A stretch of DNA of 59,370 bases from a virus (taxonomy: Duplodnaviria; Caudoviricetes): positions 1 through 59,370 of the IMG/VR virus record IMGVR_UViG_3300025872_000062. One strand, given 5' to 3'. The position numbers and the translations under genes are program-made. Numbering within the stretch: the stretch's first letter is position 1; each line of letters opens with the position of its first letter. The notes below the pieces were generated by a model, which searched no databases, was not told the DNA's origin, and worked only from the letters and a program-made list of their open reading frames with translations. Shown in pieces: positions 23,401-29,575 of this stretch.

Positions 23401-24942
23401 AAAGTATTCCATCAATCGATGGATGAGATGGTTCGCAGCCGACCTACATATCAATATGCAAAGTACCTAGGTCTTACACTTGCAGCTGCCAATCTTGATA
23501 ACGATCTTGATGAGCTTAGGCAGACGAATCCTTCTGCGACACTTCAGGATATTGATGAACTTGCTCCGTCCATCAATCAAGAGATCAACATCAAGTGGAT
23601 GCGTCATCTTCCTGGGCATGGGCAATCGCAAAGGATGTATTCCCTTGCCAAAGATGTAACCAAGATGACGGCATTCGATGCATTCGCAAGGCATCTTGTT
23701 GATTGCGGCTACAATCCGACTCCTATTTTTGAGACGGATAGCAACGGCGATGTCGTGATTGATGACAACGGAAGGCCAAAGATTCTAAATACTGCATGGA
23801 ATAGGGCCTTGCGCGATGTATCGTCGCTTATGAATGTTGCATCTGGAGACGTTCGGTTCTCGGATGATGCGGAACGAGATCGTCTTATGAACGAGGCTTA
23901 TAGTTATGCCTTGTTCAGCCCTCGATGGTGGGCAAGCCGAATGATGTTGGATAGGACAGGCCGAACTATCTTTGAGAACGTTTCCAATCTTGCTGGAGCA
24001 GTTGTTGGAAAGTCGGACTACGGCACAAACATCCTTAGGATGAACCGCCTGGATGAACGATCCATTCTTCGGCGGGATCCGCACGTAGGCGCTTACCACT
24101 GGAAGTTGATGTCTCAGGCATGGGGTCTACTTGCTGGCCTGTTCGCTCTTATCTATGGATCGCAAGCCCTGTATCCGCATACGATGGAAGTATCCGCTGA
24201 TAAATCTGGTACGCGTGTTCGTATTGGAGACTATACATTCCGCTCACCTGGTGCTATCAGTACACAGCTTGAATGGATGAATGCGGTATTCAATGGATTT
24301 ACCGAGTGGTCCGCGCGCAAGGGAACCGAAGGAGAACGCCCTCTGATCTCACTCGTGTGGGATAAGGTTGCTGGAAATCTTATGTCCCGATCCAGTCCAA
24401 TCGTTGGCTTTGTTAGTGAAGCTGTTACTGGTCGAGATGCTTTTGGTCAACCAGCTTTTATTCCTGACGAAGCTTTGAAGACTTTCGGAAATGAAGTCGT
24501 TGCTCCCGTGCTAAAGGGATTCGGAGTCAAGGGATTCTCTACACCAGATATGAATAGCGCGTTTACAAAGCGCTTTATGTGGTGGTGGCTGCATGACATC
24601 ATGGACTCCTACAAGATGATGCGAGATACAAATGTGGGTACTGCAGAAGCCCTTCTGAAATCTTCGCTCATGGGCGGATTCTCCTTCCTTGGAGGTCGTG
24701 TCCTATATGACCCGAAGGAACTCAGGGCTGCGCGCGAAGGGCAGGAGCGAATGGAAGGGCCAAGTCTATTGACCACCCTTCAGGGGAAGACATCGGGAAT
24801 GGATCTTCTATCTGGACGCCTGGAACTTGGCGGAGAAGATTGGAATGCTCCAGTACCTGCGTCTGACGAAGAACTGTGGCGGTCTGCACCGAGGCCGTAC
24901 ATGATTGGGTCGCCTCCAGAAGACTGGAGGGCTTGGTACTAA
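11482..24942 (+). CDS. Giant polyvalent internal virion protein (4486 aa) with ParB-like and zincin HExxH domains
   Basis: Uninterrupted 13.4-kb ORF; VAVWRD...YIVNGHNRF (ParB/Srx-like, about 15500-15850); TVLHEIAH...HEEFA (19237-19377); last gene of the virion operon. Confidence 0.8.
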   Translation: MRRSNPSTNSFADYLQLLQDDNLLLTKPGQQLFFNVLSEGRKTNKISQDQYDALVQAQNQRVNQILNTPLINPATGQPAYKVTQPRQTQYSKATGQPMEPTLVPQTGRDLFFGGSLRAEYPSTAIIGARQEAIRQLGVEQQKEEDRIKGILNILQPGATDIGGRFRLAAERAKGAVKGFQASAGIQGVAPKQTPEELAALFNMPDLAEVQPEDAGKLLQQEGAAFGASVQQAIAPTVGGGILGRGAGPISSVFNLGTKRWGPAATAGISAALSFIGASGTNALMERRMRSVYGDDVYENQIKPILGTSMLENPEAYFAGQIATIPLQGGLNLSSGIGTRAGFGTLFNAIRNRPSTIIGRASDLGASAKKLSDAANAGQILQNTLNAPNKFSEFQTAFLQKIGQASKESIDSYVQFKPTGGLGERIGQYSALSRTMPGFAEFTSDIVGEQASNLGLAAYDYMVEWRKFQNGETAEAPSIKDALVNLALGSLFIKDTKFQNMISNVGGAIGGAGLAVGKKIPGVSAGINALEKRYYQGNVGFVNSLLEQQFEDISKGVIPAPAGGVRFKSGGVAPGAGVEARGLIGAEVPISVGGGKIAIYNPETKEVRYSNYSDVYKTFTEPTSAEANQQIAGAISSLPVERIGKGITGRLSAFGGRDVVKGEGDSRQQLVGVIGNHVVVRENPIGDDGIRLSQPEYSVLRVSDLEENNRSIAEQMFGELGITASDTPYNYNPSNPRTGAPSLQDIKVAQDDIFRIFKPKGSTKEAYKAINEYFKSYVWIDSNTQLRGRVVGRAANNDAIVQLLGYDTAIIRVNPVNLEKGGKLSATAPGDVVNLSNIISEANLSEAQRQYLQEYDDIADTPNAVFASKNIDSQNFAIALTPQQASAARAFFPALQQAQSRIDQAQDPVKIEQDIKQLKSKFRNKILGVLAKADSEFELGTVIVADTARGRENGIVIDNTDFGPVVAFESTGWRGVIVQPGSIVSGQKVSPSLLDQQEQPSTKPSKRKEPKQKKLPKVQEEQTVSQEPKLEEEKPVVKKRKQGKQEPVIETTEEETKPTAVSIGDYNDIASKFGNHVTTQMSDDQRRVALSLSDFIEVVVRDPNSPDEEAATVERIPVFYQGKNLYHSAVRKIANSQYSRLTDREKALLAALGVPDYRNKANKLWWNGQYQLVQFLTDPQLKNIVNKLFDEMSDPGNLDLDMPTVLVDINEPPATEAPSVIPAPQEKPIEVESLAPIVEEPVAVQPEPLLDEEEAAIEQDITAPPVIDETVIPLPQEEEPIVPQIEAPTILALPTKPEVAIEVKPEDIPAQPDPIIVPENARIDEDPIIDISVLENQRLGTMLVKDINVDAGRFQFRALSGTEGVSGSTADAQAWNRDLAGVVAVWRDPANNKVYIVNGHNRFALAKRFGVKELDVVFLDSASAEEALFTGALINIAGGNATPVDAAKIFRMQPRSKETLRQLGVSMNSNLVQQGLSISRLPYQVFQAAINDSFDSPKMALYAAIAENPDMDERRMALLWEKVRTKEDGVPSTFKSSVTIDGIRERVLDLIGSELEFEEGALPGMEEFAAFRSASDESVELRGAIRRYLTQEKQLLQRLIKDQNKDILDRAGNKLNNDQNRAIAESNADILNVWSQIVRLDKQFRDYIESLASNLPKGQISKQGLDEFVRSNSESIRNQVLTARERLLNRASGNVEIPTTQEEPIAPTETVEDISLFEQPEEPVAVEDVVAEEPVRERIENTPVIPISFEKDGIEALQSSKDGIEALQSALDNLNELKTQYPYGLYKVDEDDTSYMRSDLAWFDSKFLADDRETIENEGTSVYLEFVDTYNEFLAEDSDIASEYEIAGAALATVIRKTFINGFPGEEPLNIAVPEYNQLDPSFYKDDESYMPLVWQQKAFAKRKNIKKKYESFIRDWEIELANRLADRYLPVFADSLDIDIRTERPAAQKPTEIAPEEQISEPSVAVENAPEIESIPPSKMEEIRSSVDGFISDIRESPTNVYTNKYGDPGQPKTVVYDIINYVDKTSVFESIKNHFGINGKFATKDEVIDVLKDILVGYLPRTDWRSDLQNTYSNLDPDYFSDFNYWNQIADQPELSRVFEKERRLGERKQLFDKFKNEFNYRTRLAQEDIAVEYLKEFPELPAIIGVQDADPYVVFGKDKSRILSELGFYKSTDEQVAYSILGNMFPWTQIDSGDYEKELATMSRSEIINSMAASIRNQLLSPENDVISSIEAEAYPDAIKLMVDDIVSDYSQLFFDNIPVLSSRDDLQSSPTEEEGQLGLFQFIMNGTDQPKTKIHINNPRLTLTEDEKQKLRESGFVVNNRIDAAAVALFASQESPVIAQEITITEMPSSGMLAQASVVSPRIDLKFNKLSIEAYRITDKATLKVNIARLLAVTQEGQKMSEDELNSAAENIANYMDMLGHSVVSRRLRAMADAAMLNVFGRRYMGGAQIFQTDREADFMSYDEFMARDLGPLYFQFKKKFNAIYGAATGKATSRLSSSQIFESTNPDIVRSRAAALAELAEEETEKFLRDKFPAIGHILNVSKPKDMLGTKGMHTTAIDPDTGRAVRFITAFHNSNIETVLHEIAHGWLEGLPYYAAHELATAMGKTLRIPSPTNTSIIPYEMHEEFAYGMMLSFANMDLGTFGESKGWIGTTSGRKMNESNPIYQQLLGISKYAREMYQNMQLTPNIFNSVYHLRFRPEGEGEAGTFSGTWRVFYQTEKKVKSKISSNGKQQYRTIKVPNNKLYLWRGAPIVWTDYSTGKPVSYEADILNDVGRTSNPSHYVQVRTYLTQDRLESESRIQTIQAGSIQYIGGTISGIPPAVQFTMSKWLAFNRGLLGVESSVPEQRKIARERIEEAAQGRISEEAQEAFKSRGVGEFYTKNQKINVIARNFGLPYLKSTALTAISKNISDQSVNKLWANRTTLMRQYADDPIATLQKNPELWSLHQAAISERIKYRLNQNAKEKPGLRQQALKTLADPKRLQRLTKSILRAHLGSIASKASVFQDMRRIFNPPTSGYPPQFEIMTDGFGAPTYSRKRKILGINDLRANKKPFFVNLDDGSVVGYPYIPPKSNLWKELDAEADSFIEDIENAKYSSRWSENSLNFNIPSIQLEFNGEMVEFGNTNIQQLNTLIYKQLQNSGITFDPQSSDISYYVNHPYYYIAGTLVSARPHQFARLKQEQFYDFQPNLQSNSDSDVTSQVEQIGNIDEAIPADLIDESNDFDGSEPLRNAIIADSGRSVPDYGYQQFTTERYANETQRSNVVSEQVFVETAQRGVDGVYQSAVRSLANGEPSEYKRKINWITNYAADVINGAFHSNEAAIDGSFYGSAVVNESKAHWVGSIKVGNTNMLSAIAKAAHVGRQLGQPNTFITADGSNLEYGFSNEGHAVVPAMDIRFTSPVDSIAAKQFANQYSDVVNGLEISDAGMSMKIFMVPDQQIGRSESNAWTSSAKTAVSEFFSPGQEARAGTTVSQVNPIRLKLWNLGSSELGGIGRFTEYERVLDIVQTNGIDEAIPSKEVEQQIRSKRMRDAFNKTFSNVFGKQFQISENVMFRRSNASFNVKSIIAEHRQEQPVDGTDVDKNVLFAYQKLIDQLKKQHKSIGITFEFSKQRTENGEPIRNASGVLQFADMYDGRQEVAAYDIRQNRHLFIHPVTEESFGIGVEEMQKHPLWAMSTIKDANGESMRWIDVLNGIQQAFNVSMHDANYQGEGESLGYIAHAMITEDPWAIWALANETIVTDAYVTSNIDRIGLNGEINFATNVTGDFQLHKLSLPPLEDILCGCNAVDDVIRGFAKTLRSDFDNYYGTSPILDPGMTGSGNAIESANGHILGFHSPNAEKAIIDPKFGTVTADFAEEDFGLIRNMTFVNVPNPTPSSVRNAVINPAPPAPNPNRTQTALKAARNSALFTNEIFKAGAAGDASPILMQNYILTVDNPAALAKQIKSLKRVFMNPNLGFEFKGKVYNADGMYGKKVFHQSMDEMVRSRPTYQYAKYLGLTLAAANLDNDLDELRQTNPSATLQDIDELAPSINQEINIKWMRHLPGHGQSQRMYSLAKDVTKMTAFDAFARHLVDCGYNPTPIFETDSNGDVVIDDNGRPKILNTAWNRALRDVSSLMNVASGDVRFSDDAERDRLMNEAYSYALFSPRWWASRMMLDRTGRTIFENVSNLAGAVVGKSDYGTNILRMNRLDERSILRRDPHVGAYHWKLMSQAWGLLAGLFALIYGSQALYPHTMEVSADKSGTRVRIGDYTFRSPGAISTQLEWMNAVFNGFTEWSARKGTEGERPLISLVWDKVAGNLMSRSSPIVGFVSEAVTGRDAFGQPAFIPDEALKTFGNEVVAPVLKGFGVKGFSTPDMNSAFTKRFMWWWLHDIMDSYKMMRDTNVGTAEALLKSSLMGGFSFLGGRVLYDPKELRAAREGQERMEGPSLLTTLQGKTSGMDLLSGRLELGGEDWNAPVPASDEELWRSAPRPYMIGSPPEDWRAWY
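16729..16788 (+). repeat. 30-bp in-frame tandem duplication (KDGIEALQSS/KDGIEALQSA)
   Basis: aaagatggaatagaagcgcttcaatcttct followed by aaagatggaatagaagctcttcaatctgct. Confidence 0.9.
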
Positions 24943-25004
24943 AAATAAAAGCCTCTTGCTTTTGGCAAGAGGCTTTTATCCGAAAGGACAACCCGGTAGG
25001 TTGG
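24941..25004 (-). ncRNA. Candidate anti-RBS small RNA (or 3'UTR-derived RNA)
   Basis: Possible extended -10 (TGgTAGTGT, 25011-25019, minus strand), then seed GGUUGUCCUUUCGG (24980-24993), then the terminator; the seed is complementary to early-gene RBSs. Confidence 0.4.
24945..24979. terminator. Bidirectional rho-independent terminator
   Basis: 15-bp perfect stem ATAAAAGCCTCTTGC/GCAAGAGGCTTTTAT with T-tracts on both strands, between convergent operons. Confidence 0.9.
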
Positions 25005-25030
25005 ATTAGTACACTACCAGATTGATCATA

Positions 25031-25276
25031 CTACTCCTGATCTTCTCCCGCATCTCCCTCTCTAAAAAATACGTTGTTATTTATGAGGAAGTAAGCATCC
25101 GTTATGTTGCTTACCTTCAGCGCTCGAAACGCCCTATACAACGCATCTTCCAGTGTCCTGGGCTTGATGCCAAGTGACTCTGCCGCAGATGATCTTGACC
25201 CGCACTCGATGACCGCCTTGATCAGAATGCGCTGGTAGTTTGATACACGGTTGCATCCACGTTGCATCTTAGGCAC
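25031..25276 (-). CDS. LuxR/sigma-region-4-type HTH protein
   Basis: SRSSAAESLGIKPRTLEDALYRAFRALKVSN. Confidence 0.75.
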   Translation of the reverse strand: MPKMQRGCNRVSNYQRILIKAVIECGSRSSAAESLGIKPRTLEDALYRAFRALKVSNITDAYFLINNNVFFREGDAGEDQE

Positions 25277-25787
25277 CTATCATCTTTGCATCCTTGGCCT
25301 CGCCCAAGGCAGGAATCGGGATCTGTAGTTCATTCTCAATGGATGGATCATCCAGAGCTTCTTCCATGACACCCTGTACTGCACGTTCTAACTTGTCGTC
25401 AGTCAGTTCTCCGACTCGTTCCCACCCGCCAAGGTATTTCACGATGGATTGCACCATTGGCGCAACCCTACCCTCGGAGATCAGTTTATCGGCAGCGCTT
25501 CGCCGATCCTTTGATGGGTAATGCAGAACAATATGCCTAATCTGTTCCTGGGCTTGCGGGGCTGGAACAACAACACGTTTGATCTGCAGTGCAATCTCAC
25601 GCAGTTCGCATGGAGTGGGACGCCACTTGCGAGTCATCAACGCCTTCATTACAGCACGTTCGGTAAGTTTGTCATCCCATGTCTTCATGGCGATTGCGTA
25701 CATCATGCTTACGCGATCATCCCATGCCTGTGAGGACGGCATGGCAGACAGGATGTTGGACACGACGGCGAATGTCTTCTCGGTCAT
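25269..25787 (-). CDS. Putative replicative helicase loader/inhibitor (G39P-like) (172 aa)
   Basis: AVMKALMTRKWRPTPCELRE motif; downstream of the initiator; ATGA overlap gives a start at 25787. Confidence 0.55.
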   Translation of the reverse strand: MTEKTFAVVSNILSAMPSSQAWDDRVSMMYAIAMKTWDDKLTERAVMKALMTRKWRPTPCELREIALQIKRVVVPAPQAQEQIRHIVLHYPSKDRRSAADKLISEGRVAPMVQSIVKYLGGWERVGELTDDKLERAVQGVMEEALDDPSIENELQIPIPALGEAKDAKMIGA

Positions 25788-26062
25788 TCGATGAATCCTT
25801 TCCCAGAGCAGACAGGATCGACGATACTGCCACGCCCATCGCACTTACGGCATTCCTTCCAGTCGATCCATCCAGCCCCAAAGCATTTCCTGCATTGGAG
25901 CCTCCCGCCAGCATCGCAGTTGGAACAACGGCCATGCGTAGCAGAGACTCCATTGCCTGTCGGAAGGTTCTCCCCAGTTTCGTTCACAAAGAGAAGGGCG
26001 ATGAGTGGGGAGCAGAAGAATATGACTACTCCGATTTGGTAGATGGCAAGCAGCAGTTTCAT
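25784..26062 (-). CDS. Membrane-anchored DnaJ-type zinc-finger protein (92 aa)
   Basis: Hydrophobic N-terminus plus CSNC, CRKCFGAG, CRKCDGRG, PVCSGKG repeats. Confidence 0.65.
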   Translation of the reverse strand: MKLLLAIYQIGVVIFFCSPLIALLFVNETGENLPTGNGVSATHGRCSNCDAGGRLQCRKCFGAGWIDWKECRKCDGRGSIVDPVCSGKGFIE

Positions 26063-26910
26063 AGATCAGAGCCAGACACCTTTCGGAATACGTCAATGGC
26101 GCTGGTTGCAATGTCCTCCATGCTTCGTGATGGCTTGCCTTGCTGCTTGACAACCGGTGTTCCAGTCGTTGCGGCAGACCAGTGCTTCCACAATGCATGC
26201 ATGGTTACGATGTCTCGCTTTCCATTCCACTTTGTGACTAGGTTCCTTGCGGCATTCTCGACCGTCAGTGCGTCGATGCCCTTTGCATGCATCTGGTAGA
26301 CGATGTGCCTGACTCCAGTCCACTCTCCAATGGTGAAGTCAGATGGGTACAACTCTGGGTAGATCACAGACCGGTAAGCCTCGTAAATGGCACGGCCTGG
26401 GTCACCTTCCAGCGGCAGTTTTGGCAGAGTCCTTGGTCGTCCAACTACCGTTCTTTGTGGTTCTTGTTCAATATGACTCTTATTCAATGTAATGGGGGTG
26501 CTGTTTTTGACACCCTCGACAGTATCAGTTTTTGCACCCTCCTCCCCATCAGATTTTGTAGTGTCTGCGTCTGGGAACAGGATGTATCCATTGCTCGTCT
26601 GGCGACCGTTCTTGTCGTATCGATACTTCATCGATAGCACCTTCATGCCGTTGACTTCTGCGGAATCCAGCCCGTCAAGAGCACGACGAACTGTTGGTAC
26701 AGACAGCCCTGTTATCGTTGCGATAGCACCTATGCTGGGGAAGCAGTAACCATTTGAGTCCATGTGCATCGCAAGCGCAGTGAAGACCATCCACTCAGAG
26801 CTGGTGAACGTCTTCAAGTACGGCAAGATTGCGTGATGGAACTGGACATAGGTCGTCTGCCCTGCGTTCTTGTCAAGAGAGCGCATGCTCCCGTTGAAAA
26901 TTGAGATCAT
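26059..26910 (-). CDS. Phage replication initiator (N-terminal winged HTH, lambda O-like layout) (283 aa)
   Basis: GYCFPSIGAIATITGLSVPTVRRALDGL...GRQTSNGYIL; internal DNA repeats after the HTH; ATGA overlap with the upstream gene. Confidence 0.8.
   Translation of the reverse strand: MISIFNGSMRSLDKNAGQTTYVQFHHAILPYLKTFTSSEWMVFTALAMHMDSNGYCFPSIGAIATITGLSVPTVRRALDGLDSAEVNGMKVLSMKYRYDKNGRQTSNGYILFPDADTTKSDGEEGAKTDTVEGVKNSTPITLNKSHIEQEPQRTVVGRPRTLPKLPLEGDPGRAIYEAYRSVIYPELYPSDFTIGEWTGVRHIVYQMHAKGIDALTVENAARNLVTKWNGKRDIVTMHALWKHWSAATTGTPVVKQQGKPSRSMEDIATSAIDVFRKVSGSDL
26496..26539. other. Iteron-like pair inside the initiator gene (probable origin)
   Basis: Two quasi-palindromic 20-mers GGGTGCTGTTTTTGACACCC and CAGTATCAGTTTTTGCACCC at a 24-bp period, next to an AT-richer tract. 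Confidence 0.6.
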
Positions 26911-27518
26911 TGGAGTTCCTCTCGGTCGGTGCGGTACGGGCAAGTCTTGCAAAGCACGCACTGAAGTGCAGTGGCTTGATCTATGGAATGCACTGGATCT
27001 GGCTCAGATCCCTTTGATTCCCGAATGGCTTCTGCGTATGCCTGCAAGACCGCCACAGCCTCGTTCTCTGTGATGCCGGGTGGAAGTGCCACACGGTCTA
27101 CTTTCTGAGGCTGCTTGCCAGAAATATGGGACTGCAAGTCAACTGCAGACAAGCCCTTGTCCCTTGCCCATTCAAGCATTGCCTTCTGGTCTTGCTGATC
27201 GATGGATGCAACAACTCGGTGATGCGTCCAACTAACATCCTGGACACGGTTGGCAATAGGAACGTGCTTGCTAACCCAGACCATGTTGGCAAGAGACTGG
27301 TATGACAAGCCAGTTGCGTCCATTGCCTGACTATATTTTTCTCCGTACTGTGCCTCGCCGTAGATCAATGCATCTCCGATTGCGAACTGGAACGCCGTCT
27401 CAAGTCGTACAAGCGTCTTCATCAAGTCGACCCATTCGTCGTATGAGAGCGAATGGATGACAGTCAATCCAACAGGCGTCAGGTTTACGTTGTTCGTCCT
27501 AATCAAGGAATCTTCCAA
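26907..27518 (-). CDS. LmbU-family DNA-binding protein (203 aa)
   Basis: FAIGDALIYGEAQYGEKYSQAMDATGLSYQSLANMVWVS...VSWTHH matches the LmbU-family pattern; GGAGG RBS with TTG start. Confidence 0.75.
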   Translation of the reverse strand: MEDSLIRTNNVNLTPVGLTVIHSLSYDEWVDLMKTLVRLETAFQFAIGDALIYGEAQYGEKYSQAMDATGLSYQSLANMVWVSKHVPIANRVQDVSWTHHRVVASIDQQDQKAMLEWARDKGLSAVDLQSHISGKQPQKVDRVALPPGITENEAVAVLQAYAEAIRESKGSEPDPVHSIDQATALQCVLCKTCPYRTDREELQ

Positions 27519-27569
27519 TGGTTATCCTCCAGACGGAATGGCCCCGTTGGTTAGACGGGGCCTTCGTGT

Positions 27570-28133
27570 TCAGATAGTCGTGAACGTGACAGACTCTCCG
27601 CCCTCGACGATGGAGAACCCATCGATCTGCTCGGAGTTTTCACCCGTCATCTTCTCAACCATCCACTGTGGCAGTTTGCTTACATGAACTGCCTCTGAAA
27701 CAACTACAGCCTCGGGTGCATTCGACTTGCACCAATCAAGCGCAAGATCCTTGTCCCAGATCGCAACCTTCGTAGGCGTTGTGCGGAAAGAAACCTTGCC
27801 CCAAGGGCACTGGTACGTCTTGCTGCGCAGGTCGCCGTTTGATTTCCTCGGAAGCAGCGTTTGGGCAAGTACTGACGCCTCTGCCTCATACCGTCCCTTC
27901 AACCAGTTGAGACGGGCTTCCTGGTCCTTCACGATCTTTCGGCAGTTATCGATCACCGCATCGAGTTCACGCTGACGTGCTTGCAGCGCAGACTGATACT
28001 GCATCAGACGACGCATGTACCAGAGGAGATCGTCCTCAGACTCTATCGAGTCACGCAGATCGTTGTCTGCTGGGCCAGCGTACTCTCCAGTCTCTTCGTC
28101 TATAAAGTCGTCACCAACCTTGATGATTGCCAC
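27570..28133 (-). CDS. Mu Gam-like / Gp157-like DNA-end protection protein (187 aa)
   Basis: Coiled coil followed by KTYQCPWGKVSFRTTP...ALDWCK; adjacent to the SSAP gene. Confidence 0.7.
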   Translation of the reverse strand: MAIIKVGDDFIDEETGEYAGPADNDLRDSIESEDDLLWYMRRLMQYQSALQARQRELDAVIDNCRKIVKDQEARLNWLKGRYEAEASVLAQTLLPRKSNGDLRSKTYQCPWGKVSFRTTPTKVAIWDKDLALDWCKSNAPEAVVVSEAVHVSKLPQWMVEKMTGENSEQIDGFSIVEGGESVTFTTI

Positions 28134-28142
28134 GTTGTCCTC

Positions 28143-28766
28143 CTAAAACGGTGCATCCGAACCTTTGCCAAGACGGGCAATCAGTGTCTGCCATTCCTCT
28201 GGAATGTTGCATGCAAGCACCATGTCCGTGGCTTCGCCAAGGGACTCGATGGTTCGCTCCTTGTCACCGGAAAGTATCCTGAAGACCTGCTTGAGCCTAT
28301 CGACGGAAATACCTGGCTCAAAGTAGGCAACGGCTTCTTTGAACTGCTTGCCAGCAGTAGCGATATCCATCTGCTGGTCTGGTTTCTTCGGTGCCGCATC
28401 CTGCTTTGGCGATGCCTTGACAGTTACAGGTGCATCGGCTAGGCGTTCGCCCTCATCGAAATCTTGAAGAGCGTAGATGGTTCCGAATCCGGCAATCGCC
28501 AACGCCCTTCCAATTGCGCCGGTCTCTGCCTTCTCCACGAAGTCAGCAAAATCGCGCTTGCTTTCTTGCTTGGTGCCCATCCCAAGCAAGATGCCGTCCA
28601 GCCAAACCTCGGCCTGGAATACGGCGAAGCCGCTCTCCATGTCGATCTGGAGCGGCGTGGTCTTTATCGAGTATGGTTGCTTCTCGTTGCGGATAATCGC
28701 AATCCGACCTGCAACGGGAAGGTAAGGCTTCCCCTTCAGGTTGATCAAGTAGTCTGCTGGATTCAT
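28143..28766 (-). CDS. Single-strand annealing protein (Rad52/Sak-like) (207 aa)
   Basis: LKGKPYLPVAGRI...FVEKAETGAIGRALAIAGFG; AGGAGG RBS before the ATG at 28766; C-terminal DAPF. Confidence 0.65.
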   Translation of the reverse strand: MNPADYLINLKGKPYLPVAGRIAIIRNEKQPYSIKTTPLQIDMESGFAVFQAEVWLDGILLGMGTKQESKRDFADFVEKAETGAIGRALAIAGFGTIYALQDFDEGERLADAPVTVKASPKQDAAPKKPDQQMDIATAGKQFKEAVAYFEPGISVDRLKQVFRILSGDKERTIESLGEATDMVLACNIPEEWQTLIARLGKGSDAPF

Positions 28767-28836
28767 AGTTCCTCCTCTACCAAAAGCAACATGCAAGGAC
28801 CATGAATGGCCCTTGCATGCGTACCCGTGGTAGTCA

Positions 28837-28870
28837 AGTATACCATCTACTGAACAAGCATGCTTGTTCA
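28837..28870 (-). promoter_or_regulatory. Extended -10 promoter overlapped by a 20-bp perfect palindrome (operator-like)
   Basis: TGgTATACT on the minus strand (28837-28845); TGAACAAGCATGCTTGTTCA at 28851-28870. Confidence 0.55.
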
Positions 28871-28876
28871 TCTTGT

Positions 28877-29575
28877 TCAGTAATGGTCGAGCATGTATTC
28901 CTCTGGATCGTTGGGGTTGTGGTTGGGATTGATCTGCATGATGTCATGCAACGGGAACACCTTGCCGTTCCATAGGATGATGGGGTGCTCCATGCTTGCC
29001 GTTATCAGGTTGCTTGCAACGATCATGTGCTCGATCAGCACATCCTCCGTGCTGATTTGCGGGTACTTGTCGCACACAAGGCTGATGATCTCGCTGATGC
29101 TGTTTGCGGCAAGCGGAATGACATCGTCTCCTACGCTCTGCCCAAGCGGCTTGCCTGTCTTGCGGTTGTAGCACAAGTACAAGAAGCCATTGCGTGTCGG
29201 GCAGACCGGGCCTGAAGGGAATGCTTGCGCAATCACAACGCTCTCGTCATTCGTTTCAAAGGCGCATACGTTGCGGCCCTCGTAACGAATGAAACGCCAT
29301 GCCGACAAGATCTCGATCAGGGAAACCTGTTCAAACTCTATCTTCGACATCACGTCTTCGGCGTTTCCGGCATCGAGCGCCGCGCTCACCTGGCTGCGGA
29401 TGCTTTCCTCGGTGTCTGCGACGAGAAGGTAGCGCCACATGCCACCAACGTTGTAGGTGATGGCTTGGTTCTTGTCGTGCTTTGGACGTGCAATCCATAG
29501 GCGGTCGACGCCGTTCTGCTGGAAGACGTAGTCCCAGCAATCCATCTCTGGATCTGCAATCTTTTCCTTGATCAT
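28877..29575 (-). CDS. Hypothetical protein (232 aa)
   Basis: ORF with ATGA overlap to the upstream gene; no recognised motif. Confidence 0.7.
   Translation of the reverse strand: MIKEKIADPEMDCWDYVFQQNGVDRLWIARPKHDKNQAITYNVGGMWRYLLVADTEESIRSQVSAALDAGNAEDVMSKIEFEQVSLIEILSAWRFIRYEGRNVCAFETNDESVVIAQAFPSGPVCPTRNGFLYLCYNRKTGKPLGQSVGDDVIPLAANSISEIISLVCDKYPQISTEDVLIEHMIVASNLITASMEHPIILWNGKVFPLHDIMQINPNHNPNDPEEYMLDHY

Noticed and set aside
11482-24942. Tape-measure protein
   Set aside because: No regular aromatic periodicity, no tail tube, sheath or chaperone genes nearby, and globular enzyme-like motifs are present.
28851-28879. LexA SOS box
   Set aside because: Spacings GAAC-N10-GTTC and GTTC-N5-GTTC fit neither the Gram-positive N4 palindrome nor the alphaproteobacterial N7 direct repeat.
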